From assembly GCA_964449305.1 (NCBI GenBank), contig CAYUYM010000001.1, forward strand, positions 32,160 through 96,159: 64,000 nucleotides of DNA, read 5' to 3'. Numbering within the stretch: position 1 is the stretch's first letter; every line of letters starts with the position of its first letter. The notes beneath the pieces were generated by a model. The model was not told the DNA's origin. It did no database searches and saw only the letters and a program-made list of their open reading frames with translations. The position numbers were made by a program, and so were the translations under genes. The stretch is from an uncultured Chromatiales bacterium (lineage in GTDB: Bacteria; Bacteroidota; Ignavibacteria; SZUA-365; CAYQST01). This document shows, one piece after another, positions 18,787-30,356 of this stretch.

Positions 18787-20235
18787 CTATTTCACCATCG
18801 AGATCTTGATGTTCTTGCTGAACACCATGCCGGATTCCTGGCCTGCTGCGGTGAGCGTCACCATGTACGTGCCGGTCGGGAGTTCCGAGGCGTCGAACGT
18901 GATGCGGTGATCACCGGCATTGCGGACTTCGCGGCAGAGCACCGCCACCACCTTGCCGCTCATGTTCATCACCTCGAGCGTCACGTCGGACTTCTCGGAG
19001 ATGGCGAAGCGGATGGTGGTCGACGGGTTGAAGGGATTCGGATAGGCCTGGAGCAGATCGAAGTCCTCGACCGGGGCAGCCTTCGGCGTGCCATGCGAGC
19101 GGATCCAGTTCAGCTTGATGCCCACATAGTCGAAGTTGTTGATGAAGCCGTTGCCGTCGGCATCCATGTAGCAACCATCCGGCGTGTTCCACGGAATGCC
19201 CGCCTGTGCCTCCCAGATGAGGTAGGTCAGCGGGTTCGTCGATGCGTTCGCGTTGTAGCGCGCTGGGCCCACCAGCCAGTCCTGGCGGAGGTTGGCATCG
19301 AAGATGTACTTGTTGAGGGACTTCCTGTCGCCGTAGTTCACCACGCCGTCATTGTTCACGTCACCCGGCCACACGACGCAGGGCACCGTGTTCGGATTGA
19401 CCACCATCGTCTGCTGGTTCACCTTCACGTCCACCATGGCATTGCAGATGTCCATCACATTGAAGGTCACTTCCACCCGGTAGTAGCCCACCGGAAGGGA
19501 GGCGGTCGACACTTGGTATGTGCCCGTCACCGTTCCGCCGTTGAAGGCGACGTTGGTGTTCTCGGTCTTCACGAGTGTTCCGGTCGGTGTGAAGAGCTTG
19601 ATGGTCATGGCAACGTTGAATGTGCCATAGGGGCGGCTGATGGTGTAGTTGATGTTGAGGGGATTCGGCTTCTCGGCAAAGGCATCCGTGGTGAAGCTCA
19701 CCTGCGTCGCCGGGTCGGTGCAGATGTTGCGGATCTCGATTTCGCGGAAGTTCGGGTTGGACGTCTGCCCCACCGGCGCCATCACCCAGTTGGTGATGCG
19801 CATCTTTGTCGTGGTCTGCGGAGCGAACTGCAACACGCGGAGATAATCGGTGTACACAGTGGTGCTCCACGTGTAAACGGTGACCCATGCCGAACCGGTC
19901 CAGATCTGGATGTCGGAGCCGGCAAGATAGCGGTTGCTGATGCCACCGTAGTACAACGTGATCTCACCGAAGGTCACGGGAGCAGCCCATTCAAACATGA
20001 TCCAGTACGTGCCACCCGTGTGTGTGCCACCGGAAGTCCAGCCCCAGGGAGTGGAGCCGGCCGCAGCGATGACGCCGTCATTGTAGTTCGTGGGTGCGTA
20101 GGTTGTGGTGCCGCCACCGCTGTGCGTGCAGGTGGCACTCAGGGCGATGTTGGGCGTGGGGGATTGTGCCTGGGCAGACAGCGAGACGAATGCCAGCAGG
20201 AACACAGACAGAAGCAGAGTCGCGATTTTGGTCAT
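18787..20235 (-). CDS. T9SS-secreted protein, paralog A: discoidin (F5/8 type C)-like N-domain + double dockerin-like Ca-binding module + Por_Secre_tail CTD
   Basis: It has a signal peptide, MTKIATLLLSVFLLAFVSLSAQA. The segment NIALSATCTHSGG...YWIMFEWAAPVTFGEITLYY...IQIWTGSAWVTV is discoidin-like. The dockerin-like motifs are PGDVNNDGVVNYGDR and DADGNGFINNFD. The CTD is AYPNPFNPSTTIRF...KISMVK. Confidence 0.75.
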   Translation of the reverse strand: MTKIATLLLSVFLLAFVSLSAQAQSPTPNIALSATCTHSGGGTTTYAPTNYNDGVIAAAGSTPWGWTSGGTHTGGTYWIMFEWAAPVTFGEITLYYGGISNRYLAGSDIQIWTGSAWVTVYTWSTTVYTDYLRVLQFAPQTTTKMRITNWVMAPVGQTSNPNFREIEIRNICTDPATQVSFTTDAFAEKPNPLNINYTISRPYGTFNVAMTIKLFTPTGTLVKTENTNVAFNGGTVTGTYQVSTASLPVGYYRVEVTFNVMDICNAMVDVKVNQQTMVVNPNTVPCVVWPGDVNNDGVVNYGDRKSLNKYIFDANLRQDWLVGPARYNANASTNPLTYLIWEAQAGIPWNTPDGCYMDADGNGFINNFDYVGIKLNWIRSHGTPKAAPVEDFDLLQAYPNPFNPSTTIRFAISEKSDVTLEVMNMSGKVVAVLCREVRNAGDHRITFDASELPTGTYMVTLTAAGQESGMVFSKNIKISMVK

Positions 20236-20565
20236 ACTGTCCTCGATGCGTATGTGATTGGGAGAAAGATGTGACGTGCAGAGGATCTCTTTTACCACCA
20301 TGCTCCAAACATATCGACGATTTTTTTTTGTGGCAAGTGATTTCGCCCAATTCTCCAAGAAATGAGCAAAAAATCCGTCGTGTTTTTTCACGTCGCTGAT
20401 AGCGAACTTGCGTGTGTGAAGATTTTTCACTATGATCACCACGACACGTGCCAAGCGGTTCGCGCAAATCTCATGATTTACACGCGGATCCCAAAGCTTG
20501 GAGCATCACATACGGCATCGCGATCAAGTAATCCATCAACTGATACACCAATGCACGGAGTAGTC

Positions 20566-22131
20566 ATGACAAGTGCCACCAGGGGAAGGAGCATCGCCCT
20601 TCTCGCTCTGTCTCTCGTTCTTCTCGTCCTCTTGTTCCCAGCCGGAAACACATTCGCCCAGGCCGGCTGCCCGCTGACGCTGAATGTCCCCATGCAGTCC
20701 TCCAACGGCCAGTCGGGTGTGACGCTCGACATCACGGCGATCAAGTCCACCTCCATCTGCCGTTTCTGGATCCAGCCCTCCACCACAGGGTCGCATACTG
20801 TCCAGATCTGGAAGCACCCGAATGGCGTGGTCAACGCCAATGACGGCCTCTGGCAGTACATCGGCACCGCCACCTTCAACATGCCCACCACGGGCATCAA
20901 CTATGAGATCCCGGTGGACGTGAACGTCCTCCTTGATCCCGGGCAGAAGATGGGCTTTGCGATCTTCTCAAGCTCCACCATCCGCTATTCGACAGTATCC
21001 GCACCGCTCTTCTATGCCGACAGCTACATCAACGTGAACGTGAACCAGTATGGCATCACGGGTTCCACCACACCACCCAGCACCACGGCATGGAGCTTCG
21101 GTTTCTTCCCGCGCGGCCTTGTGGGACAGGTGCAATACAAGGAAGGCTGCTTCTTCCCGCCGGGCATCGCCTCCAGCTCGCTTGCCGACGCTGCGGGCAA
21201 CCCCATCGCCTACGCCGAGATTCCCAGCAATGTGTTCATCAAATACGGCCTCGACTACCCCGCTGGTGCATCCAATTTCACGCTCACGGTGACCTTCAAG
21301 AAGGTGGGTGTCGCCAGCCCAGCACCGCCGAGCACGATGTTCACCACCACCATCAACGTCATCAAGCAGGCTGGTCAGACGTTGAGCGGGCTCGCCCAGG
21401 TCAGCCTCCCGGCGACCCTGCAGCCGGGCTTCTATACCATCGAGTATACAGGCAACTCACAGAACTCCTGCGGCAACTACCAGGATTACACGCTCCCGAG
21501 CCAGGGTCTCATGCTCGTCAACCCGGGAACTGCACCCTGCGTCGTGTGGCCGGGTGATGCGGACAACGACACCCGCGTCACGTATGCCGATCGCGCCTAC
21601 ATCAACAGCTACATCTTCAACGCCGGCCAGCGCACAACCTGGCTCCAGGGTCCGGCTCGCTATATGGCCAACGCCTCCCCGATGGCCTATCTCAATTGGA
21701 CACCGCAGGCCTCCGTGCCCTGGCAGACCCCTGATGGTTGCTATGTGGACTGCGATGGCAATGGCGTCATCAACAACTTCGACCTCATCGCTGTCAAGCT
21801 CAACTGGATGAAGAACCATCCCCCGAAGGCGGGTGCCAACATCGCCGTCATGACCTTCGACATGACGCAGAACTATCCGAATCCCTTCAATCCCAGCACA
21901 CGGATCAGCTGCAGCGTTCCCGAACCCAGCATCGTGAAGCTCGTGGTCACCGACATGCTCGGCCGCACGGTGGCCACCCTTGTGGATGGACGTGTGGAGG
22001 CGGGGACATTTGAATCGCAGTTCGATGCCTCGTCGCTCAACAGCGGCAACTACATCGCCACCGTGGTGATGCAGGGCATCGAGTCCGGGCTCTCGTTCAG
22101 CAAGACCATCAAGATGACCCTGATGAAGTGA
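20566..22131 (+). CDS. T9SS-secreted protein, paralog B: unknown N-domain + same dockerin-like module + CTD
   Basis: It has a signal peptide, MTSATRGRSIALLALSLVLLVLLFPAGNTFAQA. The C-terminal 200 aa align with paralogs A and C: PCVVWPGDADNDTRVTYADR, WLQGPARY, DGCYVDCDGNGVINNFD and NYPNPFNPSTRIS...KMTLMK. Confidence 0.75.
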   Translation: MTSATRGRSIALLALSLVLLVLLFPAGNTFAQAGCPLTLNVPMQSSNGQSGVTLDITAIKSTSICRFWIQPSTTGSHTVQIWKHPNGVVNANDGLWQYIGTATFNMPTTGINYEIPVDVNVLLDPGQKMGFAIFSSSTIRYSTVSAPLFYADSYINVNVNQYGITGSTTPPSTTAWSFGFFPRGLVGQVQYKEGCFFPPGIASSSLADAAGNPIAYAEIPSNVFIKYGLDYPAGASNFTLTVTFKKVGVASPAPPSTMFTTTINVIKQAGQTLSGLAQVSLPATLQPGFYTIEYTGNSQNSCGNYQDYTLPSQGLMLVNPGTAPCVVWPGDADNDTRVTYADRAYINSYIFNAGQRTTWLQGPARYMANASPMAYLNWTPQASVPWQTPDGCYVDCDGNGVINNFDLIAVKLNWMKNHPPKAGANIAVMTFDMTQNYPNPFNPSTRISCSVPEPSIVKLVVTDMLGRTVATLVDGRVEAGTFESQFDASSLNSGNYIATVVMQGIESGLSFSKTIKMTLMK

Positions 22132-22171
22132 TCGACTGCTGTCCCGCTCCGCGGGGCAGCCCACAATTGGT

Positions 22172-22209
22172 GGGGCATGGTGGAAACGCCATGCCCCATT
22201 GCTTTCTCC
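22172..22209 (+). terminator. Rho-independent terminator after paralog B
   Basis: The hairpin is GGGGCATGG-tggaaacg-CCATGCCCC, a 9-bp perfect stem, followed by ATTGCTTTCTCC. Confidence 0.65.
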
Positions 22210-22335
22210 CGGCCGTCTCCCCCCCCGCGATAAAAAGGCGCATTGGCCACCTTGCATATCCGTAATCGACACGCTATCTTTCCGACGTCATCTTTACGCA
22301 GCAAAAAACCATTCACCATAAGGAAAGGAGATTCC

Positions 22336-24060
22336 ATGAATTTGCGTACATCATCCAGAGTGCTGCTTGCAGCCTTGGTGCTGATGTTCGTTGCATCGAA
22401 CACCAGCTCTGCACAGGTGTCGCTGATGGCGTTCTCATCCACGCAGGGCACGTGGGTCCCCATCACAGCCGGCACACAGATCAATCCGGGATATGTGGAT
22501 GACAACTCGTTCCTCATCCCCATCGGTTTCACCTTCAACTTCGGTGGCAACAGCTACACCGATGTGTGGGTCAACTCAAACGGCGGTCTGTCCTTCGGTG
22601 CGTCCCAGACCTACGACTACCTTCCACTGGCCTACCCGTCTGCGGGCGTCACCGGCTCCATCGTGGCCATCGGTGGCGATCTTCTTGCGAACAATGCCGG
22701 GGACCTCATGTATGAACTCACGGGCCCGGCGGGCAACCGTGTGCTCACCGTGCAGTACACGGCGTTCGACTGGTACTCCTCACAGTTCTACGGCATGACC
22801 AACCAGTGGACCTGGCAGTTCAAACTCTACGAAAAGGGCGCCGTCGAAATCGTCTGGGGACCGTTCGTTCAGAGCCCTGTCTACACCATCTATGGTTGGG
22901 AGACCGGCATCCGTGGCGCCTCCTCCACCGACTTCCACCGCCGCGTGGTCGACTATGCCGTTGTCGGCAGCACCTGGGCGAATTCCACCCAGGCCCCGAC
23001 CAACGATCCGTACACGTACTACACATCCATCGGTCCGAACCTCATCCCTGCAGCAGGTCTCACCTATCGCTGGGCCTGCAACATCCCCGACAATGCGGTG
23101 CAGCTCGAGGTCCTCAACATGAACGACCAGCCGGCGACGGCCGTGGAGCTCCCGGGCAGCGTCAAGGTTGCCTACAACATCACCTACCCCGATCTCGGTG
23201 GCCCGATCGACCTCACTGTGAAGTTCTATCGCGTCGGGCAGGCGGTGCCGGAATACGTGTATGGCCCGGTCAGTCTCGTCAAGGCGCCGCTCACACCGCT
23301 TGTGGGCACGCTCGTCATCGCTCTTCCGACCTCCCTGCCCATGAGCTGGTATCGTGTGGATGTGGTGGTCAGCATGGCCAACCAATGCAACATCATCAGC
23401 GACAATCTCTTCACTCCCGGTGCCCTCCTCATCTACCCACAGGGGACGCCTGTGTGCAAGGTCTGGCCGGGCGACGTCAACAACGACGGCCTCGTGAACT
23501 ACGGTGACCGCAAGTCACTCAACAGCTACATCTACGACGCGAACATGCGCACCTCGTGGTTGAATGGCTACGCCAGGTACCGCATCAGCGCAAATCCGCT
23601 CTCCTACACCGAGTGGATCGAACAGGCAGGCCTCCCGTGGGGCAATGTCTGGAACGGCATCAATGCCTGCTACGTCGATGCCGATGGCAACGGGTACATC
23701 AACAACTTCGACTATGTCGCCATCAAGCTGAACTGGATGCGCTCCCATAGCGTGCCGAAACAGGGCGACCAGTCGCTGCTGTCCTTCGACATGGTTCAGA
23801 ACTACCCGAATCCGTTCAACCCGACCACCCGCATCCAGTACTCCACGCCGGAGAAGAGCCAGGTCAGCCTGGTGGTGACCGACATGATCGGCCGCACGAT
23901 TGCCACGCTGGTGAACGGAAACGTCACCGCCGGCGTGCATGACGTGTCCTTCGATGCCTCCAGCCTCACCAGTGGCACCTACATCGCCACGGTGAACATG
24001 ATCGGACTGGAATCGGGGCTCACCTTCTCACGAACCATGAAGATGCAGTTCGTGAAGTGA
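22336..24060 (+). CDS. T9SS-secreted protein, paralog C: unknown N-domain + dockerin-like module + CTD
   Basis: An aggaaaggag sequence lies upstream. The signal peptide is MNLRTSSRVLLAALVLMFVASNTSSAQ. The shared module includes PVCKVWPGDVNNDGLVNYGDRKSLNSYIYDAN, DGNGYINNFD and the CTD NYPNPFNPTTRIQYS...KMQFVK. Confidence 0.75.
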   Translation: MNLRTSSRVLLAALVLMFVASNTSSAQVSLMAFSSTQGTWVPITAGTQINPGYVDDNSFLIPIGFTFNFGGNSYTDVWVNSNGGLSFGASQTYDYLPLAYPSAGVTGSIVAIGGDLLANNAGDLMYELTGPAGNRVLTVQYTAFDWYSSQFYGMTNQWTWQFKLYEKGAVEIVWGPFVQSPVYTIYGWETGIRGASSTDFHRRVVDYAVVGSTWANSTQAPTNDPYTYYTSIGPNLIPAAGLTYRWACNIPDNAVQLEVLNMNDQPATAVELPGSVKVAYNITYPDLGGPIDLTVKFYRVGQAVPEYVYGPVSLVKAPLTPLVGTLVIALPTSLPMSWYRVDVVVSMANQCNIISDNLFTPGALLIYPQGTPVCKVWPGDVNNDGLVNYGDRKSLNSYIYDANMRTSWLNGYARYRISANPLSYTEWIEQAGLPWGNVWNGINACYVDADGNGYINNFDYVAIKLNWMRSHSVPKQGDQSLLSFDMVQNYPNPFNPTTRIQYSTPEKSQVSLVVTDMIGRTIATLVNGNVTAGVHDVSFDASSLTSGTYIATVNMIGLESGLTFSRTMKMQFVK

Positions 24061-24085
24061 TCCTCCCCCCGCGTGTGTGATATGC

Positions 24086-24120
24086 ATCGGCGCTCCCCAT
24101 GGAGCGCCGATTGCGTTTCC
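24086..24120 (+). terminator. Rho-independent terminator after paralog C
   Basis: The hairpin is ATCGGCGCTCC-ccat-GGAGCGCCGAT, an 11-bp perfect stem, followed by TGCGTTTCC. Confidence 0.6.
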
Positions 24121-24246
24121 GGGGGGCTGGCCACGGAATCCGGATGTTATCTGTATGAAAAGTCGCCTTCCCATGCCTCCGTTCTTTCGATTGAACAAAT
24201 TGGGTGGTATTTTCTCGTCTCCATTGCAATGAATCTCAGGTGACCC

Positions 24247-24552
24247 ATGCGTTTGTCGGAACAGGAAATCATGGAGCAGATGCAGGAGATGCCGGAGTGG
24301 CATCGGGCTGGAGCCGCACTGCGGCGCTCGTACACCACAGTCCATTTCCGCTCCGCCGTCTCCCTCGTGGTCGAGATCGCCATGCTCGCCGAAACCGCCG
24401 ATCATCATCCCGATCTGACCATTTCCTACAACCGTGTCGACGTCACCCTCACCACGCACAGCGCCGGAGGCGTGACGCAGAAGGATTTCGATCTGGCCAA
24501 TGCCATCGAATCCATCGCGGCGAAGCACACCGACGACGGCGCCGGAGCGTGA
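24247..24552 (+). CDS. phhB: Pterin-4a-carbinolamine dehydratase (PCD/DCoH)
   Basis: The 101-aa protein contains E..HHPD...Y..V.V.L.TH...G.T..D..LA, the PCD signature, as in AETADHHPDLTISYNRVDVTLTTHSAGGVTQKDFDLA. Confidence 0.8.
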   Translation: MRLSEQEIMEQMQEMPEWHRAGAALRRSYTTVHFRSAVSLVVEIAMLAETADHHPDLTISYNRVDVTLTTHSAGGVTQKDFDLANAIESIAAKHTDDGAGA

Positions 24553-24580
24553 CATCCGATCACTCATCACGGACGAATGC

Positions 24581-25162
24581 ATGCGCTACACCCAGGACCA
24601 GGTCCTCGAGATGTTCAAGAGCGCCGGGGCCTTTCTCGAGGGCCATTTCGTGCTCACATCCGGGCTGCACAGCCCCCACTACATTGAGAAATTCCGCGTT
24701 CTCGAACGCCCCGAACTGACGGCGGATCTCTGCACCGCCTTCGCGGATCATTACCGCCCCCAGGGGGTCACCGTCGTCGTCGGGCCAGTCACCGGAGGGG
24801 TGATCCTCGCCCACGAAACGGCGAAGCAGCTCGGCGCCCGCGCCATGTTCACCGAACGCGTCGACGGCACCATGACGCTCCGCCGGGGCTTCCACCTGAC
24901 CCCCGACGACCGCGTCCTTGTGGTGGAGGACATCGTCACCACGGGGGGCAGCGTCTTCGAGGTGCTCGACGTCGTCCGTGCCACTGGTGCGACCATCGTT
25001 GGCGTCGGCCTCCTGGCGGATCGCAGCGGTGGCAGGGTCGTCTTCACCGAACCCGTCCTCGCTCTGATGACGCTCGACGTCGTCACCCATCAGCCCGACA
25101 CCTGCCCGCTCTGCCGCGACGGTGTCGCGATCACGAAGCCGGGCCGCACAGGAAAAGCCTGA
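24581..25162 (+). CDS. pyrE: Orotate phosphoribosyltransferase
   Basis: The PRPP-binding motif LVVEDIVTTGGS is present, and the N-terminus FLEGHFVLTSGLHSPHYIEKF is OPRTase-like. Confidence 0.8.
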   Translation: MRYTQDQVLEMFKSAGAFLEGHFVLTSGLHSPHYIEKFRVLERPELTADLCTAFADHYRPQGVTVVVGPVTGGVILAHETAKQLGARAMFTERVDGTMTLRRGFHLTPDDRVLVVEDIVTTGGSVFEVLDVVRATGATIVGVGLLADRSGGRVVFTEPVLALMTLDVVTHQPDTCPLCRDGVAITKPGRTGKA

Positions 25163-25271
25163 TCGTCATCCCGGATTCCCATCCATTTTCTCCTCTGCCA
25201 CGCACCCCGGAATCCTCCCCGTCCCGACGGCCACGGACATTCACTGAACAGCCATCAACCGAGGAGTCACC

Positions 25272-27089
<1,818 letters not shown>

Positions 27090-27120
27090 TTGTCCGAATC
27101 AGGGAATTTCCCTACCTTTG
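27090..27120 (+). promoter_or_regulatory. Bacteroidetes-type sigma-A promoter candidate (-33 TTG, 20-nt spacer, -7 TACCTTTG) for the nuo operon
   Basis: TTG is at 27090-27092. TACCTTTG at 27113-27120 matches TAnnTTTG exactly. The nuoA ATG lies 24 nt downstream. The known Bacteroidetes promoter consensus is applied here by inference. Confidence 0.45.
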
Positions 27121-27143
27121 CAGTTCCATGAAGGAAGAACTCC

Positions 27144-27500
27144 ATGCTTGAAACCTACATCCCCATTTTTGTCCTTCTCGGCGTCGCCGTCATTTTCGGC
27201 ATCGTCTCGGTGAACATCTCCTGGCTTCTCGGCCCCCAGCGACCATATCGGGAGAAGATGACAACCTACGAAAGCGGCATGCAGCCTATCCGCTCCGCGC
27301 ATGAACGCTTCTCGGTGAAGTACTATCTCGTGGCCATGCTCTTCATCTTGTTCGACATCGAAATCGTGTTCATGTATCCCTGGGCGGTGCAGTACCGCAA
27401 CCTTGGGATGATCGGCTTCGTGGAGATGGTGGCGTTCCTGGGGATTCTCTTTGTCGGGTATCTCCACGTTCTTGGAAAGGGGGCATTGAAATGGGACTAG
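27144..27500 (+). CDS. nuoA: NADH-quinone oxidoreductase subunit A
   Basis: The 118-aa protein has 3 TM segments and the NuoA-typical motif [23 protein letters not shown]. Confidence 0.9.
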   Translation: MLETYIPIFVLLGVAVIFGIVSVNISWLLGPQRPYREKMTTYESGMQPIRSAHERFSVKYYLVAMLFILFDIEIVFMYPWAVQYRNLGMIGFVEMVAFLGILFVGYLHVLGKGALKWD

Positions 27501-27997
27501 AAAGCACGCTCGGTGACGGCTTCTTCACGACCTCGATCGACGCGTTGGTGGCGTGGGCCCGCAAGAGTTCACTGTGGCCCATGCCGATGGGCATCTCCTG
27601 CTGCGCCATCGAGCTGATGTCGTCCGGTGATCCCCGGCACGACATCGCCCGCTTCGGCATGGAGGTGATGCGCTTCTCCCCGCGACAGTCCGACGTGCTC
27701 GTCGTTGCCGGCACGGTGACCTACAAGATGGCGAAGGTGGTGCGGAAGATCTACGACCAGATGGCCGAGCCCCGCTGGGTGGTGGCCATGGGCGCATGCT
27801 CCTCCTCCGGAGGCATGTTCCGCAGCTATTCCGTGGTGCAGGGCATCGACCAGTTCCTGCCTGTGGATGTGTTCGTCTCCGGCTGCCCCCCCCGCCCCGA
27901 CAACCTTCTCCATGCCATGATGGAGCTGCAGAAGAAGGTCGGAAGGTCGAGCGTTCTCGAGTATCAAAACAGTCCGATGGACGCTGCCGACCGCTAG
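27491..27997 (+). CDS. nuoB: NADH-quinone oxidoreductase subunit B
   Basis: It carries the N2 cluster ligands: [13 protein letters not shown] and GCPPRP. Confidence 0.9.
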   Translation: MGLESTLGDGFFTTSIDALVAWARKSSLWPMPMGISCCAIELMSSGDPRHDIARFGMEVMRFSPRQSDVLVVAGTVTYKMAKVVRKIYDQMAEPRWVVAMGACSSSGGMFRSYSVVQGIDQFLPVDVFVSGCPPRPDNLLHAMMELQKKVGRSSVLEYQNSPMDAADR

Positions 27998-28052
27998 GCG
28001 GCTGCGCCATCCCCCGGGTTCCCCCGGCCCATTCAGGAGAGTGATGTGACCC

Positions 28053-28544
28053 ATGAAACCCATCCTTGACCACGTGATCGACCAGATGCGGACCGAATTC
28101 GGCCCCGCCGTCATTGATGTCACCGAATTCCGTGACGATGTGATGGTGACCGTGGAGCGCGACCGCATCGTGGACATCGTCCGCTTCCTGCGCGACAATC
28201 CCCTCTGCCCGTTTCCCCTGTGCGAGGATGTGTTCGGCATCGATCAGGACCGCCAGCCCGCGCGGTTCGAGGTGAACTACCATTTCTTTTCCATCGAGCA
28301 CAAGGTGCGCATCCACCTCAAGATCCGTGTCGAGGAAAAACCCTGTGAGGCACCCTCCATCACGGGTCTCTTCCCCGGCGCCGACTGGTACGAGCGCGAG
28401 ACCTGGGACATGTACGGCATCACCTTCATCGGGCATCCCGATCTGCGACGCGCCTACATGCCCGAGGAATACGTGCATCATCCGCTGCGAAAGGATTTCC
28501 CCATGATGGGGATCCCCGGATCCATCCCGCTTCCCAAACGATAG
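28053..28544 (+). CDS. nuoC: NADH-quinone oxidoreductase subunit C
   Basis: The 163-aa protein contains the NuoC 30-kDa-family motif ERETWDMYGITFIGHPDLRR. Confidence 0.85.
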   Translation: MKPILDHVIDQMRTEFGPAVIDVTEFRDDVMVTVERDRIVDIVRFLRDNPLCPFPLCEDVFGIDQDRQPARFEVNYHFFSIEHKVRIHLKIRVEEKPCEAPSITGLFPGADWYERETWDMYGITFIGHPDLRRAYMPEEYVHHPLRKDFPMMGIPGSIPLPKR

Positions 28545-28553
28545 GCTGTCCGC

Positions 28554-29852
28554 ATGAACACCACCGATCCCATGGATGTCTTTGACAGACCCGTTTCCAT
28601 CACCAGCCTGACGAGCGAGGAGAAGCAGTCGGCGATTCTCAAATCCCTGCTGTCCCAGCATTCCGACGTGTCCCGTGAGGATCCGTTGGAGAATGAGATG
28701 ATCCTCAACATGGGGCCGTCCCACCCGGCCACCCATGGCGTGCTCCGCCTGCTGCTGCGCATCGACGGCGAGACGGTGACCGGCTGCGTGCCCGAGCTGG
28801 GCTATCTCCACCGCGGCTATGAGAAGATGGCGGAGAACGAGACCTATCACGAGTTCCTGCCACACACCGACCGCCTCGACTATCTGCAGCCGATGCACAA
28901 CAACGTCGCCTACATGCTCGCCGTCGAGAAGCTCTGCGGCATCGAGGCGCCTCCCCGCGCACAGTTCATCCGCACCATCGTCAGCGAGCTCGCACGCATC
29001 TCCTCGCACTTCGTCGCCTTCGGCACCATGACCATGGATGTGGGCGCGATGACACTCCTGCTGTGGGCCTTCCGCGAACGCGAGAAGATCCACGACATCT
29101 TTGATCTCATCTGTGGCGCACGCTTCACGACCAGCTACACCCGCATCGGCGGTGTGGCGCAGGACATCAGCCAGGAGTCCATCGATGCGATCCGCGCCTT
29201 TCTCGTGCAGCTTCCGGAGAAGATCGACGAATGCGAACGCCTCATCAACCGGAACCGCATCTTCTTCGATCGCTGCCGCAACATCGGTGTGATCAGCGCG
29301 GAGGAGGCCCTGGCGATCGGCTTCACCGGACCCAACCTCCGCGGCAGCGGTGTGGCCATGGATCTGCGCCGCGACACCCCCTACCTTGTCTACGATCAGC
29401 TCGACTTCGATGTGATCACCGAGAAGGAGGGGGATTCCCTCGCGCGGTACTACGTCCGCCTCCGCGAGATGCGCGAGAGCATGAAGATCCTCCACCAGTG
29501 CCTCGACATGCTGCCGGCCGGGCCCGTCCACGCACGTGAACCGAAGAAGGTGCTGCCGCGCAAGGAGCGCATCTACACGCGCATGGAGGAGCTGATCCAC
29601 GACTTCATGATCATCAACTTCGGCGTCGAGCCCCCGGCGGGCGAGGTATACCATGCGGTGGAATCGTCCAAGGGCCAGCTCGGTTTCCACATCGTGAGCC
29701 GCGGCGAGGGGCACCCCTGGCGCATGAAGATCCGCTCCCCGTCATACTGCAACATTCAGGCCCTGCCGCAGCTCATCAAGGGCCATCTCATCTCGGATGT
29801 GGTCGCCATCATCGGCAGCATCGACCCGGTCATGGGCGAAGCCGACAAATAA
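28554..29852 (+). CDS. nuoD: NADH-quinone oxidoreductase subunit D
   Basis: The 49-kDa-family motifs are present: NMGPSHPATHGVLRL, RIGGV and the C-terminus IDPVMGEADK. Confidence 0.9.
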   Translation: MNTTDPMDVFDRPVSITSLTSEEKQSAILKSLLSQHSDVSREDPLENEMILNMGPSHPATHGVLRLLLRIDGETVTGCVPELGYLHRGYEKMAENETYHEFLPHTDRLDYLQPMHNNVAYMLAVEKLCGIEAPPRAQFIRTIVSELARISSHFVAFGTMTMDVGAMTLLLWAFREREKIHDIFDLICGARFTTSYTRIGGVAQDISQESIDAIRAFLVQLPEKIDECERLINRNRIFFDRCRNIGVISAEEALAIGFTGPNLRGSGVAMDLRRDTPYLVYDQLDFDVITEKEGDSLARYYVRLREMRESMKILHQCLDMLPAGPVHAREPKKVLPRKERIYTRMEELIHDFMIINFGVEPPAGEVYHAVESSKGQLGFHIVSRGEGHPWRMKIRSPSYCNIQALPQLIKGHLISDVVAIIGSIDPVMGEADK

Positions 29853-29867
29853 CGGACAGAGAATCCC

Positions 29868-30356
29868 ATGTTCAACGAAGAAGAACTCACGAAGGTCGCG
29901 GAAATCCGCTCGCATTATCCCACGAATCATGGCGCCGTCATGGGCGTGCTTCACCTGGTGCAGGACAAGTTCGGCTTCATCTCGGGAGAGGCCATCGAGC
30001 AGGTGGCGGCGCTCCTCGACATCCCACCGGAGCATGTCTACGGCGTTGTCACGTTCTATGAGATGTACCACGAACACCCGATGGGGCGGTACAACCTCCA
30101 GGTCTGCACGAACGTTTCCTGCATGCTTCGCGGCTCCGATGCCATCGTGGAGACGGTGCGCCACCGCCTGGGCATCGGCTTCGGTGAGACAACACCCGAC
30201 GGCCTCTTCACGCTGCACGAGGTGGAATGCCTCGGTGCCTGCGGCGGTGCTCCGGCCATCTCCGTCTGGAAAACCTATCACGAGAACATGACGCCCGAGA
30301 AGATGAACGCCATCATCGACGAGCTTCTTGCCAGCCACCAACCCCGCACGCCATGA
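29868..30356 (+). CDS. nuoE: NADH-quinone oxidoreductase subunit E
   Basis: The 2Fe-2S ligand Cys pattern is present: C..C in VCTNVSCMLRG and CLGACGGAP. Confidence 0.85.
   Translation: MFNEEELTKVAEIRSHYPTNHGAVMGVLHLVQDKFGFISGEAIEQVAALLDIPPEHVYGVVTFYEMYHEHPMGRYNLQVCTNVSCMLRGSDAIVETVRHRLGIGFGETTPDGLFTLHEVECLGACGGAPAISVWKTYHENMTPEKMNAIIDELLASHQPRTP

Noticed and set aside
27525-29714. 729-aa minus-strand ORF
   Set aside because: It is antisense to nuoB-nuoC-nuoD, which have unmistakable Fe-S and 49-kDa motifs. It is a shadow ORF.
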